A DNA stretch of 64,000 bases from an uncultured Nitrososphaerota archaeon (GCA_964594835.1 CAZQNA010000003.1:64001-128000), one strand, 5' to 3'. Counted from the stretch's first letter, positions 1 to 10,285 are shown. Translations and numbers: made by a program. The notes: generated from the letters alone by a model not told the origin.

Positions 1-279
1 ATAATCGAGAAGGTGAGAGAGATGACATCTGGCGATTATACTCCAGATACCGGCGTCGTATACACCGCGCTGAGGCGGATAGAGAGGAGGGGACTCCTGA
101 CCTCCAGGTGGGTAGAGGGGGCAGCAGGAGGCGACAGGCGGGTCTACGAGATAACCGAAGAGGGGGTCAAGGCTCTCAGGGAGGGTTTAGAGTCCCTCTC
201 AGCCAGAAGAAAGCTCTTCGAGGAGCTGTTCGAGTTCTACGGGAGGACTTGGGGTGGTGAGGGTGGAGAAGGCGATTGA
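1..279 (+). CDS. PadR-family transcriptional regulator (5' partial)
   Basis: GVVYTALRRIERRGLL...RRVYEITEEG is the PadR wHTH signature; frame is open to the window start. Confidence 0.85.
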   Translation: MIEKVREMTSGDYTPDTGVVYTALRRIERRGLLTSRWVEGAAGGDRRVYEITEEGVKALREGLESLSARRKLFEELFEFYGRTWGGEGGEGD

Positions 280-1189
280 GGCGGAAGAGCTGACCAAGTA
301 CTACGGCCCCGTGCTGGCTGTGAATCGCGTGTCCTTCGCCGTGGAGAGGGGGGAGATCTTTGGCTTCCTCGGACCCAACGGGGCCGGGAAGACCACGACC
401 GTTAGGATGCTGACTGGCCTCACCTCACCAACCTCGGGGACCGCGAGGGTGGTCGGGCACGACGTGGTCAAAGAGCCGAGGGCCGCGAAGATGGGCATCG
501 GGCTGGTGCCTGAGGCTTCCAACGTCTACGCGGAGCTGTCCGTGTGGGACAACGTGACGTTCTCCGGGGAGATCCACGGCGTTCCCGGTGAGGAGAGGCG
601 GAGGAGAGCTAAGGAACTCTTAGAGATGTTTGAGCTCTACAACAGGAGGAGGCAGAAGGCCGGAAAGCTATCGAAGGGACTGAAAAGAAGGCTGTCAATA
701 GCGATGGCACTGGTTCACGAGCCGGAGGTGCTCTTCCTAGACGAGCCCACCTCGGGGCTCGACGTCCAGTCGGCCAGGCTGGTGAAGCGGATTGTGAGGG
801 AGCTGAACGGCGACGGCACCACGATCTTCCTAACCACGCACAACATGGACGAGGCCAACACGCTCTGCCACAGGGTGGCCGTGATAAACCGGGGGAGGCT
901 GGCGGCCATAGACACGCCGGAGAGGCTCAAGATGGTGGTCGAGAGGACCCACTCGGTCGTGGTGTCCTTCTCTTCCCGCCCGCCCTGGCTGAGGCAGAGG
1001 CTTGAGGGGCTGCCGGCCGTTGAGGGGGTGCTCGAGGAGGGAGACAAGTTCAGGCTCTACACTGGAGACCCTCCCACGGTCTTGGAGGAAGTGTTCGAGC
1101 TTGCCAGGGCAGAGGGGCTGAGGATCCTGAGCCTGAACACCTCGGGCCCGACCCTGGAGGACGTGTTCGTCAGGCTCACGGGGGGATGA
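254..1189 (+). CDS. ABC exporter ATP-binding subunit (DrrA-like)
   Basis: Walker A GPNGAGKTT, signature LSKG, Walker B LFLDEPTSGLD, C-terminal PTLEDVF. Confidence 0.93.
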   Translation: MVRVEKAIEAEELTKYYGPVLAVNRVSFAVERGEIFGFLGPNGAGKTTTVRMLTGLTSPTSGTARVVGHDVVKEPRAAKMGIGLVPEASNVYAELSVWDNVTFSGEIHGVPGEERRRRAKELLEMFELYNRRRQKAGKLSKGLKRRLSIAMALVHEPEVLFLDEPTSGLDVQSARLVKRIVRELNGDGTTIFLTTHNMDEANTLCHRVAVINRGRLAAIDTPERLKMVVERTHSVVVSFSSRPPWLRQRLEGLPAVEGVLEEGDKFRLYTGDPPTVLEEVFELARAEGLRILSLNTSGPTLEDVFVRLTGG

Positions 1190-2076
1190 CCATGCCTGCA
1201 GGTGCGAGCCACGTTCGCCTGGACCTCATGGCCGCCTGGGCCATAGCCAAGAAGGACCTCAAGAGCTACTACGCCAGGCCGGGGGCGGTAATGTTCGGGA
1301 TTATGTTCCCGCTCTTCATGTTCCTCTCCTTCATCGTGGGGAGGAACATCCCCACGGAGCAGGCCCTGCCCGGCCTGACGTCCATGGTGGTGATGTTCAG
1401 CGCCTCCTCGATAGGGCCATTCTCCATACCGCTTGAGAGGAGGCTCAAGACGTTCGACAGGCTCCTCGCGGCCCCCATATCCTTCTACGCCATACTGGCT
1501 GGGAAGGTCTTCGCAGGCGCGCTCTACGGGCTGGCGGTCGGGGCCGTCCCGGTGGCGGTCGGGGCCTTGGCGCTAGGCGCCGGGGTCGCGAATCCGGGTC
1601 TCCTCGCCCTCGACCTGGCGGTGTCCTCGGTGTGCTTTGCCGCTATGGGGGTCATGTTCGCATCAATCCCGACGGAGACCCCGGGGAACGTCACCATCGC
1701 CATGAACTTCGTCAGGCTCCCCATGCTCTTCGTGAGCGGGGTCTTCGTCCCGCTGAGCGGGACGTCCCTGGCCGTGCGGCTGGCCTCGCTGGTCTCCCCC
1801 CTGACCTACGCAAACGACCTGGCCAGGATCTCGTACGGCGTTGGAGGGGTGATGGGCGTCGCGATCGACGTCGCGGGTCTCCTAGCGTTCGCGACGATCT
1901 TCGTGGCCCTGGGGGCCGTCCTGCACCGCAGGCTGAGTGAGTGGGCCGAGTCCCCCGGACGAGTCCAAGGGCGTCGCACTCCCGGGGCAGCGCGGCCAGG
2001 AGGTCCTCCCTCGACTCCCTCACGTTCCCCGGGCCTAGAGCCAGACACGAACCCGCCACGTCTACCTCTCCTGTAA
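1186..2076 (+). CDS. ABC-2 type permease; C-terminal ~45 aa look like a read-through tail
   Basis: Six hydrophobic segments, FVSGVFVP and SPLTYAND ABC-2 motifs, ATGA overlap with the ATPase. Confidence 0.88.
   Translation: MTMPAGASHVRLDLMAAWAIAKKDLKSYYARPGAVMFGIMFPLFMFLSFIVGRNIPTEQALPGLTSMVVMFSASSIGPFSIPLERRLKTFDRLLAAPISFYAILAGKVFAGALYGLAVGAVPVAVGALALGAGVANPGLLALDLAVSSVCFAAMGVMFASIPTETPGNVTIAMNFVRLPMLFVSGVFVPLSGTSLAVRLASLVSPLTYANDLARISYGVGGVMGVAIDVAGLLAFATIFVALGAVLHRRLSEWAESPGRVQGRRTPGAARPGGPPSTPSRSPGLEPDTNPPRLPLL
1686..1881 (+). repeat. Copy 1 of a ~195-nt diverged direct repeat (ABC-2 permease segment)
   Basis: gaacgtcaccatcgccatgaacttcgtcaggctccccatgctcttcgtgagcggggt is identical to 6118-6174; the rest is similar but diverged. 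Confidence 0.9.
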
Positions 2077-2283
2077 GGTGCCGGAGAGCATGGCTTGCGC
2101 GGCGCTTCAGGGTGCCGATTCCGCTGAGCCCCATCCATCCCCGCCCCCGAGGAGATCGGAGCGGGCCTCAGGAGAGCCGTTGAGGGGGTGATTCACCAAC
2201 CTCATGAAGACCGCACCCCGCCCGAGACCTGCGCGATTTGACACCTCTACCCATTCAGAGACGCGCGTAAGGTAGTGGTGTTA

Positions 2284-3057
2284 TCAACCCTCAGCCCAGA
2301 GTGCGGCTCCGCCGACCCTCACAGACACGGGTCTGCCAGAGAGACGCTTCATCGTCTCCTTGGCGATGGACATAACCTTCTCAGGCGGGTTGCAGCGCGT
2401 TGAGCACCACTCTTCATCCCTAGGCGCGGCCAGAGGCGGGCCCATCAGGGGTTGCAGGACTATCATGTAGTCAGAGTCGCCCAGCGCGGAAAGAGCCTCT
2501 CCTGCGAACCTAGCCAAGACATCGCCGCTGAGGTCTCTCCTCACAGGCACCCTCAGCTCAAGGGGAACCCCTTGGTCGGCCACCAGCGTCAGCCCCCTGA
2601 CGAAGTTTCGCCAGAGCCTCTCGGCCGCTGCCTCGCCCACTCCGTACATCTCGCCTGGCGGGACCTTGAGGTCGGTTGCTATGTGGTCGACGGGGGCCGT
2701 CTTCAGGAGACAGGAGAGCGCGTCTGGGAGGGTCAGGTTCGTGTTCACGCTTACCCTCACACCCTCTCCCCTTGCTCGCTCGAGGAGTGCCGCAAGTGGC
2801 CCCCACTGAACCAGGGGCTCGCCGCCCGTCACGTGGAAGTAGTCCAAGAAGGTCTTCGACGTCGAGAGGTCCTCGAGGAGTCTCTCCACGTCCAGAAACC
2901 CGCAGACCTCCGGGTCGGAGTCGGCTATCCGGTGGTTGTGGCAGAAGGGGCACCTGACGTTGCACCCGCACAGCCAGACGGTGAAGGTGACTGCCCCCAC
3001 AACATCCACCATGCTGACCGTCCTCCAGCCGGCGCCCAGGAGCCGTCCTCGAGGCAT
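2284..3057 (-). CDS. nrdG: Anaerobic ribonucleotide reductase activating enzyme (radical SAM)
   Basis: CxxxCxxC motif CNVRCPFCHN, TGGEP, directly downstream of nrdD. Confidence 0.9.
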   Translation of the reverse strand: MPRGRLLGAGWRTVSMVDVVGAVTFTVWLCGCNVRCPFCHNHRIADSDPEVCGFLDVERLLEDLSTSKTFLDYFHVTGGEPLVQWGPLAALLERARGEGVRVSVNTNLTLPDALSCLLKTAPVDHIATDLKVPPGEMYGVGEAAAERLWRNFVRGLTLVADQGVPLELRVPVRRDLSGDVLARFAGEALSALGDSDYMIVLQPLMGPPLAAPRDEEWCSTRCNPPEKVMSIAKETMKRLSGRPVSVRVGGAALWAEG

Positions 3058-3074
3058 CTCCCCTCAACCCAGGG

Positions 3075-4922
3075 TCATATAGCGTAGTGAACCCTAAGGG
3101 AGAACTCCCTCCTTCTGGGCCTGCTCCAGTTGCTCAGGGGCCTGTAGTAACCCACTATCCTGCTCCAGAGTTCGACGCGCCTGCTTGAACAGTGCGGACA
3201 CTCTCTGTAAGCCCCCGTGAACGACTTGCCGCATGTCTCGCAGACTGTCACCACGGGAGTGAAGCTCCAGTACACCAGATCCGTTTCTGAGAGCCTCCTT
3301 GTGAACTTGGCCAGCGCCTCGGGGTCTGGCTCCTCGCCCAAGAATATGTGCATCATCACGCCTCCCGTGAAGCTCTTCTGGACCCTCGCCTCCACCTCTA
3401 TCCTCTCGGGGAGCGTCAGCTGTCCGTAGTAGGGCGCCACGCTGGTGCTGTAGACCGGGCCATCCGGGTCGGGGAGGTAGTTCAAGATGTCGGGATGCAG
3501 CAGCGCGTCCCTCTGGGCCAGTCTGGCCGCAGCGGACTCGCCTGGGACCTCCTCAACGTTCCAAGGTATCCCGGTGGAGGCCGCCCACCCCCTAACCACC
3601 TCAACCACGTGATCGACGACCCGCCTCATCCAGTCGGCAGCGCGGAGGAAGTCGGACCTCGAACCCTCCAGCCAGAGCTTCGGCTCTCCCTCCACGATCG
3701 CGGCGGCCTCGGGAAGGCCGAGAACGCCCACCGTGTTGAAGTGCGTCGCCGGGAACTCGCTCAGGTAATCGAGAATCATGCTGTAGATGTGTGGGTGCCT
3801 GCCGATCAGGCTCGAGAGTCTGGACCTGAACCAGTCCCCGCCGAGTCGGACGACCTCTAAGGTGGAGTCCAAGAGCTCAAGGAACCTTGAGTCGTCGCCG
3901 CCGGACTCGATCGCCAGCCTCGGGAGGTTTAGTGTTATGACCTCCACGGATCCGGTGATGTCTGGGACGGCCCAAAGGCCGCCGAACCTCATCCTCTCCA
4001 GCTGCGTCGGCGGCCCCTCCGGTGAGAGGGGCACTCCCGCCAGGCTCAGTTCCCTCAAGTCTATCGAGATCCTACAGCACATGGCGTACGAGGCGTCAGG
4101 ATTCACAACCCTCGTGTTCAGCCAGTAGAAGCTCCCCTTCCTGCTGGCCGTGCCGAACACCGCCTCAAAGAGTTCGGGGTCGTCGTACAGCATCCTGCTG
4201 GTGGTCATAAGGGTGGGTATGGGGAAGGTGAAGGGCTGACCCCTCGCGTCGCCCTCCCTGAGGACGTTGGAGAGGGCCACGACAAACTTCCTTCCCTCTT
4301 CCAGGTAAGCGCCCAGCTGGGATTCATCCTCCCCGCCGTATACTGCCCGCTCCTCATCCAGAGCCCTGCGAGACGCATCTAGCTGAATCGTCAGGTTGGT
4401 GAAGGGAGTCTGCATCCCAGCCCTGCTGGGAAAGTTGAGGTTGTAGACGAGCCTCTGCACCTGCTGCTCGAGGTATCTCTGGTCCCTGCCCTCCCTCCTT
4501 ATGAAGGGACCTGCGTAGAGTTCTGCGGCAGAGAAGGCCTGGGCCCCGCTGAAGTAGTGCTGCATCGTCACAAGATAGTTGGCCACGTGGTCGAAGAAGC
4601 TGTCCAGATGCCTCGCGGGTCTGGCGGATATAGTCGGAGTCCTCAGCCCCTTCTTCAAGAGCCTCTGAAGGCTGTGCCCAGTACAGTAGGGTATGTAGAG
4701 GCTGTAGGGGAGCTTGTGTACGTATATCAGGCCAATTTTGCGGGCTCTCTTAAGTTCAGAGGGCAGGGATGAGGACTCAATTCCGCTCATGGCCCTCTCA
4801 AGGTAGTAAGAGAAGAATCCCGTCGGTCCAGGGTACCTGTTGGCGTTCTCGTGGGATGCGACTGAGTACTCCTCTATGAGATCCACAAGCTCACCTGTAT
4901 CCACGATGGATGGATAATCCAT
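3075..4922 (-). CDS. nrdD: Class III anaerobic ribonucleoside-triphosphate reductase without ATP-cone
   Basis: HENAN, PYC, QTPFTNLT, PFTFPIPT, MCCR, PGES, C-terminal CxxC..CxxC and glycyl-radical motif RIVGYY. Confidence 0.93.
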   Translation of the reverse strand: MDYPSIVDTGELVDLIEEYSVASHENANRYPGPTGFFSYYLERAMSGIESSSLPSELKRARKIGLIYVHKLPYSLYIPYCTGHSLQRLLKKGLRTPTISARPARHLDSFFDHVANYLVTMQHYFSGAQAFSAAELYAGPFIRREGRDQRYLEQQVQRLVYNLNFPSRAGMQTPFTNLTIQLDASRRALDEERAVYGGEDESQLGAYLEEGRKFVVALSNVLREGDARGQPFTFPIPTLMTTSRMLYDDPELFEAVFGTASRKGSFYWLNTRVVNPDASYAMCCRISIDLRELSLAGVPLSPEGPPTQLERMRFGGLWAVPDITGSVEVITLNLPRLAIESGGDDSRFLELLDSTLEVVRLGGDWFRSRLSSLIGRHPHIYSMILDYLSEFPATHFNTVGVLGLPEAAAIVEGEPKLWLEGSRSDFLRAADWMRRVVDHVVEVVRGWAASTGIPWNVEEVPGESAAARLAQRDALLHPDILNYLPDPDGPVYSTSVAPYYGQLTLPERIEVEARVQKSFTGGVMMHIFLGEEPDPEALAKFTRRLSETDLVYWSFTPVVTVCETCGKSFTGAYRECPHCSSRRVELWSRIVGYYRPLSNWSRPRRREFSLRVHYAI

Positions 4923-5200
4923 CCAACTTAATAAGCGCCTCGGGGAGGGTTTCTCCTCCGGCCAAATCAGGGGCCGACGGCAGGTCTTGTGATTTTCCCG
5001 TCGAATCCGCCGCCGTGAGGTTCACCCAAGAGGCCCAACTCGGTTGGGCTCAGAGGCTGCTAGGGCCTGAGAGACGTCATGGACAACATCATAGGGCTGA
5101 ACCCGAGGTAGTACTCGGTCTCGGAGTGCCAGCGCGGCCCGGCCACGTCTCTGAAGATCGAGCAGGGACGTTCCACCGCGTTCCAACGGATCCCCGATGA

Positions 5201-6070
5201 GTGAGGCTCCCCAGGCGCACCGGTGCCTCTGGGGTGAGTCGGGAGGAGATCGTCGCGTTGTGTCTGATCGCAGTAGTGTCCGCCTTGGCGATCCTCTGGA
5301 TCGCCGGCCTAATCACCTCTTCCCCTTCCGCAACCCGCCCTCAGGACAGTCGCCCGCGCACCCTAACCCCTCAGAGATGCTGTCCATGACCGAGGAGCTC
5401 AAAGTCCCAGGGAAGATCCTCTGGATCGGAGCCCACCCTGACGACGAGATGTATGCGGCCGGCCTGCTGTACCACTCTCACACGCGCGGGTGGGAATGTG
5501 TCATAGCAGCCTACAATGCGGATGAGTCAAGGAGGGAGGTGAACCGCAGGTCAGCGGAACTTCTCGGGTGCAGGTACGTCTACGCCTCAGACTACCCAGG
5601 CTCTAGCCCGGAGGAGAGGGTTAGGTCTCTGATCCTCTCCGAGTCGCCAGACGTGGTCGTGACCTTCCACCCGGAGACGGGGTTCAGGGGAAACGAGGCC
5701 CATGAGGCGGTCGGGAGGATCTCGACCGAGCTTGTTGAGAGCGGAGAGCTGAGGGCCAGGCTCTTCTACGTGCTCAACAGAGACCCGGCGCTCGAGGAAC
5801 TCCTTGGCGGGTCAGACGTGGACGAGCCAACCCGTTGACCTCGACCTGACCATTGAGGTCAACGGGAGGACCCTGTTCGATGTCAAGCTGGCGGGCATCT
5901 GTCTGTACTCCAGGTTGTCCAGGCCCGCAGACGCGCTGTGTCGCAACGTAGACGGGCTGCAGGAGAGGATTTTGAAGGTGGAGTTCTACGAGGAGTACTC
6001 TCCCTGGGGCCGATCCTCACTGGAGACGCCTCCTCCCATGCAGCAAGGTCCTCGACGCTGGGCCAGATGA
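5201..6070 (+). pseudogene. PIG-L/LmbE-family deacetylase split over three reading segments
   Basis: Core ORF 5197-5838 has IGAHPDDE, PDVVVTFHP and H; the N-terminal TM segment (5201-5389) and the C-terminal segment (5804-6070) are in another frame. Confidence 0.65.
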
Positions 6071-6117
6071 CGACCTAAGCCCTGTCCGCAGGGCCTCGCG
6101 GCCCCTTGGTTCACGCA

Positions 6118-6313
6118 GAACGTCACCATCGCCATGAACTTCGTCAGGCTCCCCATGCTCTTCGTGAGCGGGGTTTTCGTGCCGCTCGGCTCCGCATCGA
6201 CGGCTATGAGGCTGGCCTCGATGCTCTCCCCTTTGACCTACGCGAACGACCTGGCCAGGATCTCGTACGGCGTGGGCGGCGTGATGTGCGTCGCGATCGA
6301 TGTCGTGGGGCTC
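6118..6313 (+). pseudogene. Fragment of an ABC-2 permease paralog (copy 2 of the repeat)
   Basis: NVTIAMNFVRLPMLFVSGVFVPL...SPLTYANDLARISYGVGGVM matches the 1186-2076 product; no 5' portion present. Confidence 0.85.
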
Positions 6314-6486
6314 GTGGGGTCGTGGCGGAGGGGCGGGCCCGGCTCAGGGATCCACGACACCGGGACATGAGCCTGGACCCCGTGGAGCCGGGGGACCGGC
6401 GGGCAGGGCCGTGAGTCGGGAGGCAACGCACTAAGATCTTCCCGGATCGATGGTAGAGCCACCGGACTGTGTGCAGTCTGAGGGCC

Positions 6487-7329
6487 TCAGCCCCCCTTCG
6501 CCTCCTCTGAGGCCTCCCGCCCCCACGCTCCCTCGGCCGGGAAGGTGAACGGCTTCTTCGAGATGACAAACTCACAGTAGGGGTCCCCCTTCGCCATGCA
6601 GGCGACCTCTCGACCGAAGCAGGCCTCGCCAAACATCTCAGAGAAGAATCCAACGAGGACCCCCCTGAGGAAGTGGCATATCGGCTCGTCCGACGGCTCC
6701 CCCGACTCGAAGGAGTTCCACACCCTGGCTCTCGCGGACGCCCTTTCGGGGTCCAGCTCCACTATCTCGCCCCGCTCGACCCAGCCAAGCACCACCATCA
6801 CGCTGAGGGCCGCCTCCGCCAGCTCCCTACCCTCCAGCCCGAACCTCCGCCTCCACTCGGAGTAGCTCCTCCTGCCGCCGTAGGTCCCCAGGAACTCGAC
6901 CATCCTCCTCCCGTCGTCGCCCCACCTCTTGTAGGCCTCCCTGAAGATCGTCCTGAGCCACCCGGCCCTCATCTCCACGACGGCGTCTGGCCCGAGCAGC
7001 TGAATCCCGTGGTGGACGTCAACGACCATGTCGCCGAGGTTCGCCCTGGAGACGACGATGTCGCGCACCCCCTCGACGCCGGATATCAGCCGTCGCAGGT
7101 CCGCTTCCTCAACACTCTCGCCGTCAACGAAGAAGCACCACCAAGCCGCGGAGGGGTCCTTCGAGGCGTGGTGAACGCCCCAGAGTATGTTCACCCCCCT
7201 CTCGGCGAGTAGCTTGGAGATCTCGGCTATCCTGCCGGGGACGTTCTCGGCCAGCACCGAGATCTCCAGTATCTTCCTCCCCTGGGACTCGAAAAGCCTG
7301 GGGAAGAAGAGATTGTGTTTGTGAGGCAT
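6487..7329 (-). CDS. ACT + V4R domain protein
   Basis: Likely ATG at 7329; ACT motif ENVPGRIAEISKLLAERGVNI; V4R motifs PICHFLRG and EVACMAKGDPYCEF. Confidence 0.85.
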   Translation of the reverse strand: MPHKHNLFFPRLFESQGRKILEISVLAENVPGRIAEISKLLAERGVNILWGVHHASKDPSAAWWCFFVDGESVEEADLRRLISGVEGVRDIVVSRANLGDMVVDVHHGIQLLGPDAVVEMRAGWLRTIFREAYKRWGDDGRRMVEFLGTYGGRRSYSEWRRRFGLEGRELAEAALSVMVVLGWVERGEIVELDPERASARARVWNSFESGEPSDEPICHFLRGVLVGFFSEMFGEACFGREVACMAKGDPYCEFVISKKPFTFPAEGAWGREASEEAKGG

Positions 7330-7406
7330 GACCCGGGACCAAAACTCTAAGCGAGGGACCGATATAATGGTTGCCCGTCCCGGGGCCACCCGCCGGACCC
7401 GAGCGC

Positions 7407-8168
7407 TCAGCCCACCCTCCTGCCCACGAGTATCATCCGAGGACTGTTCACCGCATAAGGAGAGCCGTCGTAGTCGCCGAACGCGGCCTGGACCTCCAGG
7501 CCGGAGGCTTCCATCATGTCGGTCAGCTCCCTGAGGGAGTAGAGCCTCAGGGTTAAGCTCCTCTCGCCCCTGAACCTCAGCGACTTGAAGAAGATCCGCC
7601 TGTCGGTTATCCTCCCGGCCCTGAGGTCGACTATCTCCTCTCCCAGCACCAGCAAGTCGTCCCAGCCCTCCCACCACCTCCACCGCTCCGATCCGTGGGC
7701 CGCCGCGAGCGCCACGATCTTCTCTCTGTTCCTCACGTCTACCAGAAGCCTGCCGCCCGGCTTTAGCGTCGAGACAGCCTCGCTCAGGACCCTCACGTTG
7801 TCCTCGTCGTCGTAGAATCCGAAGCTCGTGTAGAACATGTAGGCCGCGTCGAACTCGGACCTCCAGGGCATGTGCCTCATGTCGCCAGGGACGAAGTCGA
7901 CCTCGACGCCCAGCTCCCTGGCCCTCGCCCTCGCCACCTCGAGGTAGGAGGGGTTTATGTCGAGCCCCACGACCTCCATCCCCATCTCGGCCAGTATCAC
8001 GGCGTGCCTGCCGTAGCCGCATCCTATGTCCAGGACCCTGTCACCGGGGTTCAGCCCCAGCGCCCCGACTATGAACTCAGCCTCCCTCCTGGTCTCCTCC
8101 TCCGGGTGCTTCTTCTGCTGGTATTCCATGTACAGCTCGTCGAAGTATGACAGAACGCCCTCGGCCAT
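7407..8168 (-). CDS. Class I SAM-dependent methyltransferase
   Basis: VLDIGCGYGRH, GDMR, TSFGFY, LKPGG. Confidence 0.9.
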   Translation of the reverse strand: MAEGVLSYFDELYMEYQQKKHPEEETRREAEFIVGALGLNPGDRVLDIGCGYGRHAVILAEMGMEVVGLDINPSYLEVARARARELGVEVDFVPGDMRHMPWRSEFDAAYMFYTSFGFYDDEDNVRVLSEAVSTLKPGGRLLVDVRNREKIVALAAAHGSERWRWWEGWDDLLVLGEEIVDLRAGRITDRRIFFKSLRFRGERSLTLRLYSLRELTDMMEASGLEVQAAFGDYDGSPYAVNSPRMILVGRRVG

Positions 8169-8223
8169 CGCGGCGCTGTCGAGGGGGGATCATATAAGGA
8201 GGAGCGCGGGCCGGGAGTCAAAG

Positions 8224-8827
8224 ATGTTGACCGTTCCTCCGAAGGCCATGGCCCTGGCCAACACGGCCTCGACCGGTCTGACCCCCCCGTCATCCTGAAG
8301 GGGCCCACCTCGAGGCGCGACTCAGCGGCGCTGAACCTGGTGAGGTTTGCGACGGCCGCCTCAGTCCTCGTCCCGCTAGCCTGGAGCGACCTCTGCAGAG
8401 CAGACGCGAGGCTCTTCGTGTTGGGAACCGCGGCGATTCTCGCAGGCCAAGCGTGGTGTGGTACATCTACCTAAAGGCGCTGAGCCTCACCGATGTCACG
8501 GTGGTGTCTCCGCTCACCAACGCCTACCCGCTCTTCTCAGCCCCGATGTACCTGTCGGTCTCCGGCGCGGCGCCGTCCGCCTAGACCGTCGCCGAGATGA
8601 TCGCCGCGGCCTCCAGCGTGGGCCTTCTGGGGGACTCTCTGGCCATCGGCCTGATGCTCTTGGCCCTTGACCTCGGGGATTCCTAAATCATAGTCCCCCT
8701 CACAGCCACCACGCCGATCTTCGCGTCCATATTCGCAGGTGGCCTTCTGAGAGAGAAGTTCGGGGGAAGGAGAGTTGCAAGGATACTCTTCACTACCCTG
8801 GGGGACGCGCTACTGGGCCCGGCCTGA
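8224..8827 (+). pseudogene. EamA/DMT transporter pseudogene
   Basis: Manual translation gives VTVVSPLTNAYPLFS and IVPLTATTPIFASIFAGGLLREK (EamA repeat ends), interrupted by frameshifts and an in-frame TAA. Confidence 0.7.
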
Positions 8828-8876
8828 ACTCGGCCGACCGAAAGATGGTTAATTTATCGACCCCATCGACTGCCGC

Positions 8877-10184
8877 GTGAAAGACCCTGGCCGAATCGCG
8901 ACCGCGATATGCGTCACCTGGCTCGCAGCCATGGTCGGTATGTTCGTGTATTACGGCTTTTGGGGCTGGTTCCCCCTCGAGAGGATCGACCCGGTTGACG
9001 TGATGCTCGAGTCCGGATCCGTGGCGATCCTCCTCATGGCCCTCATCTCTTCAGTCGTCCTAGAGAGGCTGGGCGCCGGGAAGGTCTTTCCGGGTTGGGG
9101 CGCCCTCACACTCATCTCTGGAGTGGTTCTCTTGGGCCTACTCTGCGACCTTCTCGACGAGTTCTACAGCCTCCCTCAGATGCTGATGGGACCAGCCCAG
9201 ATTATCCCGCCAATCCTAGGGACGTTCTTGGTCGTTCACCTGATGAAAGGTTGGTACGAGATGTATCCGGAGCGTCCGGGGACTAGGTGGGACGTCAGGA
9301 TAGTCCTCGCCTTCTACTCCCTCTACGGCTCTGCCCTCATCGTATCCCTGGTCACGTCGAGGCCGCGGGTGGCGGCCCCTCCACCGACGCCGGGCGAGTT
9401 GGTCGACAGCTTTGCGCCAACCCTTGCGGCCTTCCTCCTGGCAGGTGCGCTCTACCTGTACTCCGGCGAGGCCACCCGCTACGTGCCCATCCAGCTGGTG
9501 CTGGGCGGGTTCTTCCTACTGGCTCTGCTCCCCCTCACCGAGACGATGAAAGGCCTCTTGGGTTGGATGGATCCCCTGGTCGACACGATAGGTCGGGACC
9601 TCGCCCCGGCGGCGTTCTACGCATCGTTCTACATGGCCTTCGTCGAAGCCTTCAGGCGGGCCGCCTGCCCTCAGGCCCTGAGGATGCCCAAGGTCTATGA
9701 GGCGGTCAGCCTCATGAAGATCAGGCCCAGCGCGGACTCCTGGCCGTCGGCGGTCAACGCAATCAGGAAGCTGGCCAGGTCCAAGGGCATACCGATCGTG
9801 CTGCTCACGAGGCCCGGATCGCCCCTGTTCACGATCGCCCACAGGGAGGATCTGCCTAAGGTGTCCGTCCTGCTCAAGCCAGGCGCCTCCTTCCGTAAGA
9901 TCGACGAATCGACCTACGAGGTACCCCTGGAGCCGGCGTTCATAGAGGGAGTGCTCAGGGACATTCTGAAGGGTCAGGGGGAGAGGGCCCTGGTGGTCTT
10001 CGACTCCATCACGGACGCCATCGCCCTGCTGGACAGGAAGCGTGCCTACGAGCTGATACGCCGGCTGTCCGACCTGATAAAGGAGAAGGAGTCCTCTGGA
10101 GTCTTCATAGTGGTGCCGGAGGCGCACGACAGGCAGACGCAGGCCCTGATAGAGAAGATGTTTGAGAGATCCTCCGAGGTTTAG
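8877..10184 (+). CDS. Multi-pass membrane protein with C-terminal DUF835/KaiC-like domain
   Basis: About 8 TM segments followed by a soluble domain with LVVFDSITD and GVFIVVPEAHD. Confidence 0.65.
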   Translation: MKDPGRIATAICVTWLAAMVGMFVYYGFWGWFPLERIDPVDVMLESGSVAILLMALISSVVLERLGAGKVFPGWGALTLISGVVLLGLLCDLLDEFYSLPQMLMGPAQIIPPILGTFLVVHLMKGWYEMYPERPGTRWDVRIVLAFYSLYGSALIVSLVTSRPRVAAPPPTPGELVDSFAPTLAAFLLAGALYLYSGEATRYVPIQLVLGGFFLLALLPLTETMKGLLGWMDPLVDTIGRDLAPAAFYASFYMAFVEAFRRAACPQALRMPKVYEAVSLMKIRPSADSWPSAVNAIRKLARSKGIPIVLLTRPGSPLFTIAHREDLPKVSVLLKPGASFRKIDESTYEVPLEPAFIEGVLRDILKGQGERALVVFDSITDAIALLDRKRAYELIRRLSDLIKEKESSGVFIVVPEAHDRQTQALIEKMFERSSEV

Positions 10185-10285
10185 CTCCCCAGATTTAACG
10201 ATCTGAGGGTGAGATTCGCCCAAATTGGGCAACTACTCTCCTATCAGGATATATCCTGCCCCCCAGGCGGGCGCGTGGAGAGTGG

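Noticed and set aside
7330-8022. Apparent 511-aa fusion ORF 6487-8022
   Set aside because: The 5' part is an Arg/Gly-rich alternate frame of the methyltransferase; the real gene starts at ATG 7329 downstream of a TATA-like TTATAT
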